From an uncultured Acidobacteriota bacterium (lineage in GTDB: Bacteria; Acidobacteriota; Vicinamibacteria; Vicinamibacterales; 2-12-FULL-66-21), in NCBI GenBank assembly GCA_963810305.1, contig CAWEMY010000005.1, positions 525,304 to 589,303 on the forward strand: a stretch of DNA of 64,000 nt. The letters run 5' to 3'. The translations under genes were made by a program, and so were the position numbers. Shown in pieces: positions 28,651 through 37,976 of the stretch (positions are counted from its first letter, which is position 1; every line of letters begins with the position of its first letter). The notes below the pieces were generated by a model. That model saw only the letters and a program-made list of their open reading frames with translations. It had not been told where the DNA came from and searched no databases.

Positions 28651-29838
28651 ATGCAGCAGACGCGAACGGTGGCACTCTCGTCACCGCACATTGACGACAG
28701 CGACGTTGAACTCGTGCGCCAGGCGATCGAGTCCCGCTGGCTTGCGTCCGGTCCGCTGGCCGAAGCGTTCGAGCGGGAGGTCGCCTCATGGATGGGCGCG
28801 CGGTTCGCGATCGCCACAGCCAGCGGTACCGCGTCGCTGCACATGGGCGTTATTGCCGCGGGCGTGACAGAGGGGGATCTGGTGATCACCTCCCCCTTCT
28901 CGTTCGTTGCATCAGCGAACGTGATCCTCTACGAACGCGCCATCCCCCTCTTCGTCGACATCGATCCCGAGACGCTCACCATCGACCCGGCGAAAGTCGT
29001 CGAGGCGGTCGACGCCGTGGTCCATCGCCGTAAGGGATGGCGGGGGAAATTGCCCCGGCGCGGGGTCGGGGCAGAGCCCGTGCTGCGCGCCGTGCTCCCG
29101 GTTCACGTCTTCGGGCGTCCGGCAGAGATGCTCGAGATCGCGGCGGCCTGCCGTGCGTCGGGTGTGGCGGTACTCGAGGATGCGTGCGAAGCGCTCGGTG
29201 CCAGCCTCGATGGCCGGCCGGTGGGGCGGTTCGGGGACGCGGCGGCGTTCGCTTTCTATCCGAACAAGCAGGTGACGGCCGGCGAAGGCGGAATGCTCGT
29301 CACCGACAACGAAAGCTGGGATGCGCTGTTCAGGAGCCTGCGCAATCAAGGACGCTCCGCGGACGCGCAGTGGCTGCGGCACGACCGCCTCGGTTTCAAT
29401 TACCGGATGGACGAGATGAGTGCCGCGCTTGGACTGTCACAATTCCGCCGGATCGACGATCTGCTCTGCCGCCGCGAGGCGCTCGCCGAACGTTACGCGG
29501 CGCGGCTGTCGGGGTGCGCGGATGTGGAGGCCCTGGCACCACCACGGGCCGGCATGACACGCAGCTGGTTCCTCTATGTCATCCGCCTCGCCGGGCACGT
29601 CGATCGCGACCGTCTGATGATTCGGCTGGCCGCGCGCGGGATCACGTCGCGCCCGTACTTCTGGCCGATCCACCTGCAGACCTTCTACATGGACCGCTTC
29701 GGGTTTGCGCCGGGAGACTTCCCCTGCGCCGAAGCGGCGGGCCAGTCGATGCTCGCACTCCCCATGCCGCTCGCCACTGGACTGGACGATGTCGACTACG
29801 TCTGCGATGTTCTGCTCGACGAGCTCGCAAGACCATGA
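28651..29838 (+). CDS. DegT/DnrJ/EryC1/StrS-family PLP-dependent sugar aminotransferase
   Basis: ATG at 28651 inside track ORF 28567..29838. Motifs ATASGTASLHMG and FYPNKQVTAGEGGMLVT (Schiff-base Lys retained). Confidence 0.9.
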   Translation: MQQTRTVALSSPHIDDSDVELVRQAIESRWLASGPLAEAFEREVASWMGARFAIATASGTASLHMGVIAAGVTEGDLVITSPFSFVASANVILYERAIPLFVDIDPETLTIDPAKVVEAVDAVVHRRKGWRGKLPRRGVGAEPVLRAVLPVHVFGRPAEMLEIAAACRASGVAVLEDACEALGASLDGRPVGRFGDAAAFAFYPNKQVTAGEGGMLVTDNESWDALFRSLRNQGRSADAQWLRHDRLGFNYRMDEMSAALGLSQFRRIDDLLCRREALAERYAARLSGCADVEALAPPRAGMTRSWFLYVIRLAGHVDRDRLMIRLAARGITSRPYFWPIHLQTFYMDRFGFAPGDFPCAEAAGQSMLALPMPLATGLDDVDYVCDVLLDELARP

Positions 29839-31139
29839 GCGCGACCGGTGTTTCACTCGCGGTCGTGATCCCAACGCGCAATCGCGCGACGCTGGCCATC
29901 GCCGCCTGTGAATCGCTGCTGGCGCAGGCGGACGGCACATTTCACCTGTTCGTCTCCGACAATTCAACCGAGCCAGCCGAAGTTCGTCAGCTCGCCGACT
30001 ACTGCGCGGCCGCCGATCCGACCCATCTCTCGTATCTACGCGTGGCTGAGCCGATGCCCCTGCCGACACACTGGGACTGGGCGCTGCGATCGGCACTGGA
30101 GAGAACCAACGCTTCGCACGTCACAGTCCATTACGACCGGCGGATTACGAAGCCTGGTCACATGCGCCTGCTCGGTGACGCGCTGGCGGCCTTCCCGGCG
30201 GACCTCGTGACATGGACGCTCGACATGGTTCTGAATGAAGCGCCGCGCTTCTGGGTGGGCCAGCTGCCGTGGACGAACCGTTTCTACGCAATTCGTACCG
30301 CGCGTGTGGTCGAGATGACGTCCAGAGGGCTGGTCCTGGAGATGGGGCAGGCCATGCCCCTTCTGTCGAACTGCGCAGTGCCGCGGCCAGTGGTCGACCG
30401 CGTTCGCCGGCGCTTCGGTGACATCTGTAATTCGACGGGGCCAGACACCTGTTTCGCATTCCGCTTTTGTGCGACCCACGAGCGCTTCATTCATTACGAC
30501 CGGGCCCTCGGAGTGGTGTATGCGTCCGACCGAAGCACCGGCCTGGGTTATCTGCGCGGCGGCGGCGGCGACTTCGACGACTTCATGACGACGTGGCAAT
30601 CCCGCCCGTGGCTCGAGTCAGCGCCCATCCCTGGACTGAATCTCGGGCTCAATCTCCTGTTCCATGAATACGAGTTGGTACGCAAGGCGACAGCGGATGC
30701 CGGGTTCCCCCCGATCGACAAGGCCGGGTACCTGCGCGATCTGGCGAGGGGACTGCAGTTCATCGACGATCCACAACGCGCAGCAGAGCTGCGGGACCTT
30801 CTGAGGCAGCACGGATGGACGCGCGCTGTCGAAGTCGAGGCCGCGGCGCTCGGCTGGAAACGCCGCGTTCGAAAGACGGTGTTCTTCCGCGGCGTGCGGA
30901 AAGCGCGGCAATCCGCGCTGCAGTTCGCCGCCAGACGCCTGAATCGCGCCCCGGCGGATCTGAGCGGGTTCGCGTTTCGAAGCGAGCGCGAGGCGCTCGA
31001 CCACGCGCTCGCATGCACGCGGCGACGCGCTGACACGAACCCGACCCTGAGCCCGATGCAACCGGTCGAGATCGTCCCGAGCGGCGGCTCTATTCAGACT
31101 GCGGCACTCGCCCGGCTGGATGGCGGGGTGATCCTGTGA
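29835..31139 (+). CDS. GT-A-like protein, paralogue A of a four-member tandem family
   Basis: ATG overlaps the DegT stop (ATGA). The N-terminus VVIPTRNRATLAIAACESLL...FVSDNST resembles GT2. Family motifs HWDWALR, VHYDRRITKPGH, SNCAVPR and FHEYELVR are shared with 33826, 35142 and 36501. Confidence 0.75.
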   Translation: MSATGVSLAVVIPTRNRATLAIAACESLLAQADGTFHLFVSDNSTEPAEVRQLADYCAAADPTHLSYLRVAEPMPLPTHWDWALRSALERTNASHVTVHYDRRITKPGHMRLLGDALAAFPADLVTWTLDMVLNEAPRFWVGQLPWTNRFYAIRTARVVEMTSRGLVLEMGQAMPLLSNCAVPRPVVDRVRRRFGDICNSTGPDTCFAFRFCATHERFIHYDRALGVVYASDRSTGLGYLRGGGGDFDDFMTTWQSRPWLESAPIPGLNLGLNLLFHEYELVRKATADAGFPPIDKAGYLRDLARGLQFIDDPQRAAELRDLLRQHGWTRAVEVEAAALGWKRRVRKTVFFRGVRKARQSALQFAARRLNRAPADLSGFAFRSEREALDHALACTRRRADTNPTLSPMQPVEIVPSGGSIQTAALARLDGGVIL

Positions 31140-32053
31140 CTGACGGACGAGGCGCGCACGGCGCGCCTGCGAGGGGGCGCGGGGATGGGGCCCGGGAGCG
31201 ACGAGCCGGGTCCGGGGAGCTCCAGTCAGCGATGATCACGGCCGAGGAATACGATTCCGCCGCGCGGAAGCCGCGGCCGCTTGAAGAACTGCACGACATT
31301 CTCCACAGCGGTCCCCTGATCCGCGCGCTCGTCTCGCGCGATCTCAAGATCCGCTACAAACGATCGGTGTTCGGCGTCCTGTGGACGCTGGTCAACCCGC
31401 TGGCGATGCTGGTCGTGCTCTCGCTGGCGTTCACGCGCGTGCTCCGTGCCGACGCACCCGACTATCCGTTTTTCGTGATTCCCGGTCTTCTGCTGTGGAA
31501 CTTCGTGTCACAGGTGACGATGACCGTCGCCCGCGAAATTTCGATGGGCGTCGACATGTGGCGTCGCCTTCGGGTGCCCAAGAGCGCGCTGATCGTGGCG
31601 ACCACGCTCACCGGACTGTTGAACATCCTGTTCGCGCTGGTCCCGGTCCTCGCAGTGATCGTGCTGACCGGGCGTCCCGTCGGCCTCGGGATCCTGTCCC
31701 TGCCGGTGACGTTGTTCCTGACGGCGGTCTTCGTGCTCGGCATCTCGCTCGTGCTCGCGGCCATCGCGGTGTACTTCCCCGACATCGCCGACATCTACAG
31801 CATTCTGCTCCCGGCCCTCATGTTCACCGCGCCCATCGCCTACCCGATCAGCGTGGCGATGCCGCCACTCTCGGATCTGGTGCGCTTCAACCCGCTGACT
31901 CTGTACGTCGAGGCGTTCCGGGCGCCGCTGTACGGCGCCAGGACGCCATCGATCGAGGCCTTCGCCGCGATGGCGGTGACTGCGCTCGGCACGCTGCTGG
32001 TTGGCTGGCTGATGTTCACACGTTCGGCGGATGACGTCCCCTATCAGATCTGA
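31136..32053 (+). CDS. wzm: ABC-2 type polysaccharide export permease (Wzm-like)
   Basis: Motif SRDLKIRYKRSVFGVLWTLVNP and six TM helices. The GTG at 31136 overlaps the upstream stop. The ATG at 31232 (MITAEEY) is an equally plausible start. Confidence 0.85.
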   Translation: MTDGRGAHGAPARGRGDGARERRAGSGELQSAMITAEEYDSAARKPRPLEELHDILHSGPLIRALVSRDLKIRYKRSVFGVLWTLVNPLAMLVVLSLAFTRVLRADAPDYPFFVIPGLLLWNFVSQVTMTVAREISMGVDMWRRLRVPKSALIVATTLTGLLNILFALVPVLAVIVLTGRPVGLGILSLPVTLFLTAVFVLGISLVLAAIAVYFPDIADIYSILLPALMFTAPIAYPISVAMPPLSDLVRFNPLTLYVEAFRAPLYGARTPSIEAFAAMAVTALGTLLVGWLMFTRSADDVPYQI

Positions 32054-32795
32054 GGTTCCGGCCGGCGACGACGACGCCGTCATCCGGCTGGATGGAGTGT
32101 CGGTCAAATACCGCGTTGCTCTCGATCCGCGTCTGACGCTCAAGGAATCGTTCATCTGGCGCCGCCGCCGGCGCGTCGTCGACCATCTCGCGATCGATGG
32201 CCTGACCCTCGCGGTACGGCGCGCGGAGACCTTCGGGATCATCGGCGGCAACGGCGCCGGGAAGACGACGCTGCTCAGCGTGATCGCACGCATCCTCCCC
32301 CCCTCTTCGGGGCGTCTCCGCATCCGCGGATCGGTTGTGCCTTTGATCGACTTGATCAGCGGGTTTCATTTCGAGCTGACCGGCCGGGAGAACGCTTACC
32401 TTCGCGGCGCTTTTCTTGGTATCAGCCGCAGCCGCATGCGCGCCAGGATGGATGCGGTCCAGGAGTTTGCGGATCTGGGTCAGTTCTTCGACGCGTCGAT
32501 GAGGACCTACTCCGCCGGCATGATCGTCAGGCTGGCGTTCGCGGCGGTCACGAGCATCGACGCCGACATCTTCGTCATCGACGAAGCGCTCGGCGTCGGC
32601 GATGCCGAGTTTCAGCTGAAATGCGCGGCGCGAATCGGGGAGATGCGCGCGCGCGGCGCCACGTTCGTCGTGGTGTCGCACGATCTGCAGCGGCTGGCAG
32701 CGATCAGCGACCGGATTCTGTGGCTGGACCACGGACACCCGCGGATGGTCGATGCGCCGCAGGCGGTGATTCAGGAGTATCTGACCAACCGCTGA
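32031..32795 (+). CDS. wzt: ABC transporter ATP-binding protein (Wzt-like, short form without C-terminal glycan-binding domain)
   Basis: Walker A GGNGAGKTT, signature YSAGM, Walker B IFVIDEAL. Confidence 0.9.
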   Translation: MTSPIRSEVPAGDDDAVIRLDGVSVKYRVALDPRLTLKESFIWRRRRRVVDHLAIDGLTLAVRRAETFGIIGGNGAGKTTLLSVIARILPPSSGRLRIRGSVVPLIDLISGFHFELTGRENAYLRGAFLGISRSRMRARMDAVQEFADLGQFFDASMRTYSAGMIVRLAFAAVTSIDADIFVIDEALGVGDAEFQLKCAARIGEMRARGATFVVVSHDLQRLAAISDRILWLDHGHPRMVDAPQAVIQEYLTNR

Positions 32796-32937
32796 CAGCC
32801 CCGGACTAGGCGCGCCGCAGGCGCGCCCGCCGGAAGCGGAGCGGGGCACGGGGTCCCCGCGCCCGCCTACGCCAAGGCTCCGGCGAGGTCTCGCCGAAGC
32901 TCGCGTGAAGTTCTGGCGAGCGGAGGCGGAAGCGACG

Positions 32938-32966
32938 GCGACCGGGGTCCCCGGCGCGCGTTTTTT
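32938..32966 (+). terminator. Candidate intrinsic terminator of the wzm-wzt unit
   Basis: GC-rich hairpin GCG(A)CCGGG GTC CCCGGCGC, followed 3 nt later by TTTTTT (32961-32966). Confidence 0.4.
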
Positions 32967-32973
32967 GCGCGCT

Positions 32974-33000
32974 GGGGTGGGGGTGGGGGGTCCGGCGGGG
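32974..33000 (+). other. G-quadruplex-forming motif GGGGTGGGGGTGGGGGGTCCGGCGGGG
   Basis: Four G-tracts of 4 to 6 nt with loops T, T and TCCGGC, in the gap between convergent wzt and the acetyltransferase gene. Confidence 0.6.
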
Positions 33001-33013
33001 CGAAGCCCCCGGG

Positions 33014-33658
33014 TTAGGAGGACCGTGCGGTCTGAATGCGTGCCGGGTTGCCGAAGACGACGACATCGTCAGGGATGTCACGTACTACGACGGCACCGGC
33101 CCCGATCACTGACCGTGCGCCGACCCGGCGCCCGGCAACGATCGAGGCGCCGAGTGCGATCAGCGCCTCGTCGCCGATCGCCACATAGGCGCCGACCGTG
33201 GCGCCAGGCGAGAGATGCGCGAAGTCGCCAATAGTGCTGTCGTGGTCTGCTGATGCCCGCGTGTTGATGATCACACCGCGGCCGAGCCTGGCACCTGGCT
33301 GAACGACGGCGCCGGCGCAGATCACAGTCCCGTCGGTTACCTGCACGGAGGCGGCGACTGTGGCGCGCGGGTGGATGGCGCAGCGGAGCTGCTCGCCGTT
33401 CGAGACCAGTCGGTCGGTGAGGCCGCGGCGGAGATGGTTGTCGCCAAGGGCGATCACGATCGCGTCATGCACCAGCGAGCCCAACGCCGAAACGGATCCC
33501 AGCACCGGCAGGCCCGATACGGTTGCGCTGATCAGCGAGGGGGTGTCGTCGACGAAACCGATCGGCAGTGCGTCAGCACCGGCCAGCCGCGCCGCGGCGA
33601 GAATATCGGCCACGACGCGGCCGTGGCCACCCGCGCACACCACTATGATTCGCTGCAT
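33014..33658 (-). CDS. NeuD/PglD-type hexapeptide-repeat sugar N-acetyltransferase
   Basis: Internal ATG at 33658 gives MQRIIVVCAGGHGRVVADIL, a Rossmann-like N-domain. The C-terminus is a left-handed beta-helix repeat region (IGDFAHLSPGATVGAYVAIGDEALIALGASI). Confidence 0.85.
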   Translation of the reverse strand: MQRIIVVCAGGHGRVVADILAAARLAGADALPIGFVDDTPSLISATVSGLPVLGSVSALGSLVHDAIVIALGDNHLRRGLTDRLVSNGEQLRCAIHPRATVAASVQVTDGTVICAGAVVQPGARLGRGVIINTRASADHDSTIGDFAHLSPGATVGAYVAIGDEALIALGASIVAGRRVGARSVIGAGAVVVRDIPDDVVVFGNPARIQTARSS

Positions 33659-33686
33659 CGCTGGGTCCGCTGAGTGTGGTTTCGTA

Positions 33687-33770
<84 letters not shown>

Positions 33771-33825
33771 GTACGGTATCGTAGCGGACATCGTTGAAGC
33801 ACAACAACATAGCCGTCAGCACTCG

Positions 33826-35137
33826 ATGAGCGAACGAGAACTGTTGCTGGCTGTCGTGATACCGACGCGGAACCGCGCCGCCCTCGCGATCACCGCGTGC
33901 GAGTCGCTGGTCAATCAGAACGGATGCCGCTACCGGGTGTTCCTCTCGGACAACTCGACGAGCGAGGATGACAGCGCACGCCTGGCGGAGGACCTGTGCG
34001 GGCGCGGCCGGCCAGGTGACGTATCTCAAGCCGGAGGCGCCGCTCCCGATGGCGACACACTGGGACTGGGCGCTCCGCACGGTAATGGCGACGAGCGACG
34101 CCACGCACTTCAATGTGCATTACGACCGGCGTATGACGAAGCCCGGTCATCTCACATTCGTGCAGGACGTGATGACCGCGTTTCCCGATGAACTGATCAC
34201 CTGGCCGTACGATGTCGTGGACGTTCGGCGAGAGCGCTCGGTTGTCTGGCAGACTCCGTGGGACGGTCGACTGTATCGGGTGCCTACCGCGCGGGTTGTG
34301 GCAATGACGGTCACCGGCAAGATCACTGAAATGGCCCAGGCCTTCCCGATCCTGTCAAACTGCGCCGTGCCGCGCGCGGTGCTGTCTGCGCTGGCCGACC
34401 GGTTCGGCAGCATCTGCGATTCGACCGCACCGGATTCGTCGTTCACGTATCGATTCTGCGCGACCTTCGAGAGCTACCTCCACCTCGATCGGGCGATCGG
34501 CGTCATTCATGCGTTCGACCGCAGCACGGGCAGCGGGTTCATGCGGGGCGCCGGCGGAGATTTTCCTGATTTCATGCAGTGGTGGGGCACGCGCCCCTGG
34601 CTCGACGCTGCGCCGATCCCGGGACTGAATCTCGGCCAGAACGTCCTGTTCCACGAGTACGAAGTCGTCCGCCGCGCCACCAACCATCCCGCGTTTCAGC
34701 CGGTCGAACGTTCCGGGTACCTCCGCGAACTGGCATCCTCGCTCTGGTACGTCGAGGATCCAGTGCGGAGGGAGGAGCTGCGGAAGACACTCGAGCAGCA
34801 TGGGTGGCGGAGCTCCGGCGAACACGAAGAGCGCAAGACCATCGGGCAACGGCCAACGTGGCTGCGACAGGCCGCGCTGAAGACGCTCGACAACACGTCC
34901 GCATGGATCTTTGGAGATCGGATGAAGGCGCGGAAGGCCCGGACGTCATTGCGGAAGTGTCTGGTGAATCGTCTCCACCTGGCGCCCGCTGACATTTCCG
35001 GGTTCGACTATGCGACCGACGCCGAGGCGGTGTCGCAGGCATTGAGACTTCCGCGCCGGCGTTCGCTGACGAATCCGTTCTTGACGTGGCTGAAAGGGGT
35101 TGAGGTCCTCTCGACCGCCACCCCCGATCCGATCTGA
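33826..35137 (+). pseudogene. GT-A-like protein, paralogue B, one frame change near 34000
   Basis: Track ORF 33826..34191 gives MSERELLLAVVIPTRNRAALAITACESL...SDNSTSEDDSARLAEDLCG. Track ORF 33968..35137 continues AAGQVTYLKPEAPLPMATHWDWALR... Confidence 0.75.
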
Positions 35138-35141
35138 CACG

Positions 35142-36488
35142 ATGACTGCACCGAAGGTGTCGCTGGCGATCATCGTCCCCACTGCCAACCGCGCCGGATT
35201 GGCCATCAAGGCCTGCGAATCGATCCTGGGGCAGCCAGATTGGGCGCAACACATCCTCGTGTCGAACAATTCGACCGATCCGGCGGAGGTCGAACACCTC
35301 GCCGACTACTGCGACGGCGTGGCTCCACGCGTCACACATCTCCGGCCACAGGAACCGCTGCGCATGGCGACCCACTGGGACTGGGCGCTGCGTCAGGCAA
35401 TGGAACGGACTGACGCGACCCACTTCTGCATCCATTACGACCGCAAGATCACCAAGCCTAATGAGCTCAGCCTGCTGCGCGACCTCGCCGCCGAGTTTCC
35501 CGACGACCTGATCACGACGATGATCGATGCGGTCGTCAACTTGAGCGGTCGATCGCGCCTCGGGCACACGGCATGGGACGGCCGGGTCTACGCCGTTCCG
35601 ACGTCGCACGTTGTCACGATGACTTCCGAAGGGAAGATTACCGAGCTTGGCCAGGCGCTTCCGCTGCTGTCCAACTGCACGGTTCCCCGGTCGGTGTTGC
35701 TGCGAATCATCGATCGGTTTGGCAGCATCTGCGATTCGACGACCCCTGATTCCTGTTTCGCCTACCGGTTCTGCGCGACCCACGACCGCTATCTCCATTT
35801 CGATCGTGCGATCGGCGTGCTCTACGGCTATCACCGGAGCGTTGGGGTCGGGTACCTGAGGGGGCAGGGAGGAGACTTCCAGCAATTCATGCATCTGTGG
35901 GGAGACCGTCCGTGGCTCGACGCGGCCCCCATCCCTGGACTGACGCTTGGGCAGAACATCCTGTTCCACGAATACGAGCTCGTCCGGCGCGCCATCGGCG
36001 GCGCCCCGTTCAAACCGATTCAGATGGACGGCTACCTGCGTGAGCTGGGGCAGGCGTTGATGTGGGTGAATGATCCGGTGCGCGCAGCCGAGATCGTCAA
36101 CCTGCTGACCAAGCATGGCTGGAACGCTCCGGTTGCCGCGCTCTCGTCCGGCGCCCCTCGAGCGCTGCGAGTGCGTGACGGCCTGCCGTGGGCCCGCACG
36201 CTGGTCCATGACCTGTGGAACAGGGGCAACGGCGTTATCAATGAAGCCAGGCGTCGCGGCGGGGTCTCGTTTCGGAGAATGCGAGCCAGGGTCCAGCGGC
36301 TCCTCGCCGATCATCTGCAGGTCCGTCCCCGCAACATCACTGATTTCGAGTTCACGACCGACGAGGAAGCGCTCCGCTATGCACTCGCCTGGCCCCGTCC
36401 ACGATCCGAGACGAACTTCCTCGACTGGATGCGGCACGTGGGCGTGGACGTGACGCCCTCCTCGATCGGCGACCGGGCGTCGGTCTAG
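35142..36488 (+). CDS. GT-A-like protein, paralogue C
   Basis: ATG at 35142 inside track ORF 35100..36488. Carries the same family motifs (IIVPTANRAGLAIKACESIL, SNNST, THWDWALR, IHYDRKITKP, SNCTVPR, FHEYELVRRA). Confidence 0.75.
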   Translation: MTAPKVSLAIIVPTANRAGLAIKACESILGQPDWAQHILVSNNSTDPAEVEHLADYCDGVAPRVTHLRPQEPLRMATHWDWALRQAMERTDATHFCIHYDRKITKPNELSLLRDLAAEFPDDLITTMIDAVVNLSGRSRLGHTAWDGRVYAVPTSHVVTMTSEGKITELGQALPLLSNCTVPRSVLLRIIDRFGSICDSTTPDSCFAYRFCATHDRYLHFDRAIGVLYGYHRSVGVGYLRGQGGDFQQFMHLWGDRPWLDAAPIPGLTLGQNILFHEYELVRRAIGGAPFKPIQMDGYLRELGQALMWVNDPVRAAEIVNLLTKHGWNAPVAALSSGAPRALRVRDGLPWARTLVHDLWNRGNGVINEARRRGGVSFRRMRARVQRLLADHLQVRPRNITDFEFTTDEEALRYALAWPRPRSETNFLDWMRHVGVDVTPSSIGDRASV

Positions 36489-36500
36489 CGTTTCCACGCG

Positions 36501-37976
36501 ATGGATCAACGAGGGTCATCCGCAGTCGAACCGGGCACTCCCGTGGACCTGGCCGCGCGCGCCACCGCAGACCGCGTGTCACTCGGTGTCGTCATCCCGA
36601 CACGCAACCGCGCGAGCCTTGCGATCGCGGCGTGCGATTCGCTCTTGCAGCAGACAGGATGCCGTTATCAGGTGTTCGTCTCCGACAATTCCACGAAAGT
36701 GGAAGAGCGGCAGCGGCTGTCGGACTACTGCTCCGCCGCGAACAGCCCGCGGTTGACCTACTTGAAGCCGAACGAGCCGCTGGCGATGTCGGCGCACTGG
36801 GATTGGGCGCTGCGGACGGCGATGGACCGCAGCGACGCAACGCACTTCACCGTCCACTACGATCGCCGAATCACCAAGCCCGGGCATCTGGCCCCGATCT
36901 GCCGCGCCGTCGGGCTGTTCCCTGACGACGTGATGACGTTCATATTCGACCTGGTCATCAGCGGCGGGGGGAAATCGGTGGTGTGGCAGCCGCCATGGGA
37001 CGGCCGGTTGCACACGGTGCCGACTTCACGCGTAGTCGAGATGACCGTCAAGGGGCGGATTACCGAGATGGGACAGGCGTTTCCGGTCCTGTCGAATTGC
37101 GCGGTCCCGCGCGCGGTCTTCCAGCGCATCCTGGAGCGTTTCGGGACGATCTGCGAGTCGACCGCACCCGATTCCTCGTTCGCGTATCGCTTCTGTGCCA
37201 CCCACGATCGCTACGTTCACTATGATCGCTGCGTCGGCGTCGCCTACGGTTTCGATCGCAGCACCGGGCTTGGCTTCGTCCGAGGCTCCGGCGGCGACTT
37301 CGGCGATTTCATGCAGTGGTGGGGGGATCGGCCCTGGCTCGACGCGGCGCCGATCGCCGGGCTGAACATGGGCCAGAATGTGTTGTTCCACGAGTACGAG
37401 CTCGTTCGGCGAGTCACCGACGACCCGGGATTCAAATCGATCGAAATGCGCGGATACCTGCGCGAGCTGGGGCATTCCCTGCCCTGGGTTACCGATCGCG
37501 CCCGGTACGCTGAGTTGGCGGCGCTCCTTTCCAAACATGGCTGGCACCCCTCGCACGCGTTTGACGGCCTGCCGCAGCGTCATCGGGCGACGCGCGTCAG
37601 GGAAGGGCTGCCATGGGTCCGGACGCTGCTGCAGGATCTATGGGAAACGACCGCGCTCGGAGTTCCCCCGGACTTGGATGGGGACAGCAGCGGCGCGCCC
37701 AGGCTGGTTCGCGTGGCGTTGTGGAGACTCAGACAGGCAATCAAGAGAGGGCGGGCGCGGACGAAACTCCTACTCGCCGATCATCTGAATATCTCGCCCA
37801 GGAACCTGTCCGGCTTCGAATTCGACACTGATCTCCAGGCGATCCGGCGCGTGGTCGACTGGCCGCGCGAACGCACTGTCAGCAACGACCGCCTCGACTG
37901 GTTGGGGCCTGTGGAGGTGACCTCTCTCGCCGGCGATGACGAGGTGCGGGAGCCGTCCGGTCGGGAGACGAGATGA
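36501..37976 (+). CDS. GT-A-like protein, paralogue D
   Basis: 491 aa. Motifs VVIPTRNRASLAIAACDSLL, SDNST, AHWDWALR, VHYDRRITKPGH, SNCAVPR, FHEYELVRRV. Confidence 0.75.
   Translation: MDQRGSSAVEPGTPVDLAARATADRVSLGVVIPTRNRASLAIAACDSLLQQTGCRYQVFVSDNSTKVEERQRLSDYCSAANSPRLTYLKPNEPLAMSAHWDWALRTAMDRSDATHFTVHYDRRITKPGHLAPICRAVGLFPDDVMTFIFDLVISGGGKSVVWQPPWDGRLHTVPTSRVVEMTVKGRITEMGQAFPVLSNCAVPRAVFQRILERFGTICESTAPDSSFAYRFCATHDRYVHYDRCVGVAYGFDRSTGLGFVRGSGGDFGDFMQWWGDRPWLDAAPIAGLNMGQNVLFHEYELVRRVTDDPGFKSIEMRGYLRELGHSLPWVTDRARYAELAALLSKHGWHPSHAFDGLPQRHRATRVREGLPWVRTLLQDLWETTALGVPPDLDGDSSGAPRLVRVALWRLRQAIKRGRARTKLLLADHLNISPRNLSGFEFDTDLQAIRRVVDWPRERTVSNDRLDWLGPVEVTSLAGDDEVREPSGRETR

Noticed and set aside
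29037-31139. 700-aa ORF suggesting a very long N-terminal extension of GT-A paralogue A
   Set aside because: The first 266 codons overlap the DegT aminotransferase gene out of frame and are Arg/Gly-rich low-complexity sequence. The paralogue alignment and an ATGA overlap support a start at 29835.
32806-33081. 91-aa minus-strand ORF in the wzt/acetyltransferase spacer
   Set aside because: It is composed of the direct repeats, hairpins and C-runs complementary to the G4 motif. Its sequence is extremely Arg/Pro-rich, and it overlaps the 3' end of the acetyltransferase gene in another frame.
34572-36509. 645-aa minus-strand ORF. Similar long antisense ORFs occur at 540-1781, 19846-21330, 27107-28429, 37781-38989, 50383-51792, 55992-57281, 58147-59235, 59691-60863 and 61227-62705.
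   Set aside because: Each lies opposite a gene with clear family motifs. Each has an Arg/Pro/Gly/Asp-biased composition and no recognisable domain. They are interpreted as stop-codon-poor antisense frames of GC-rich coding DNA.
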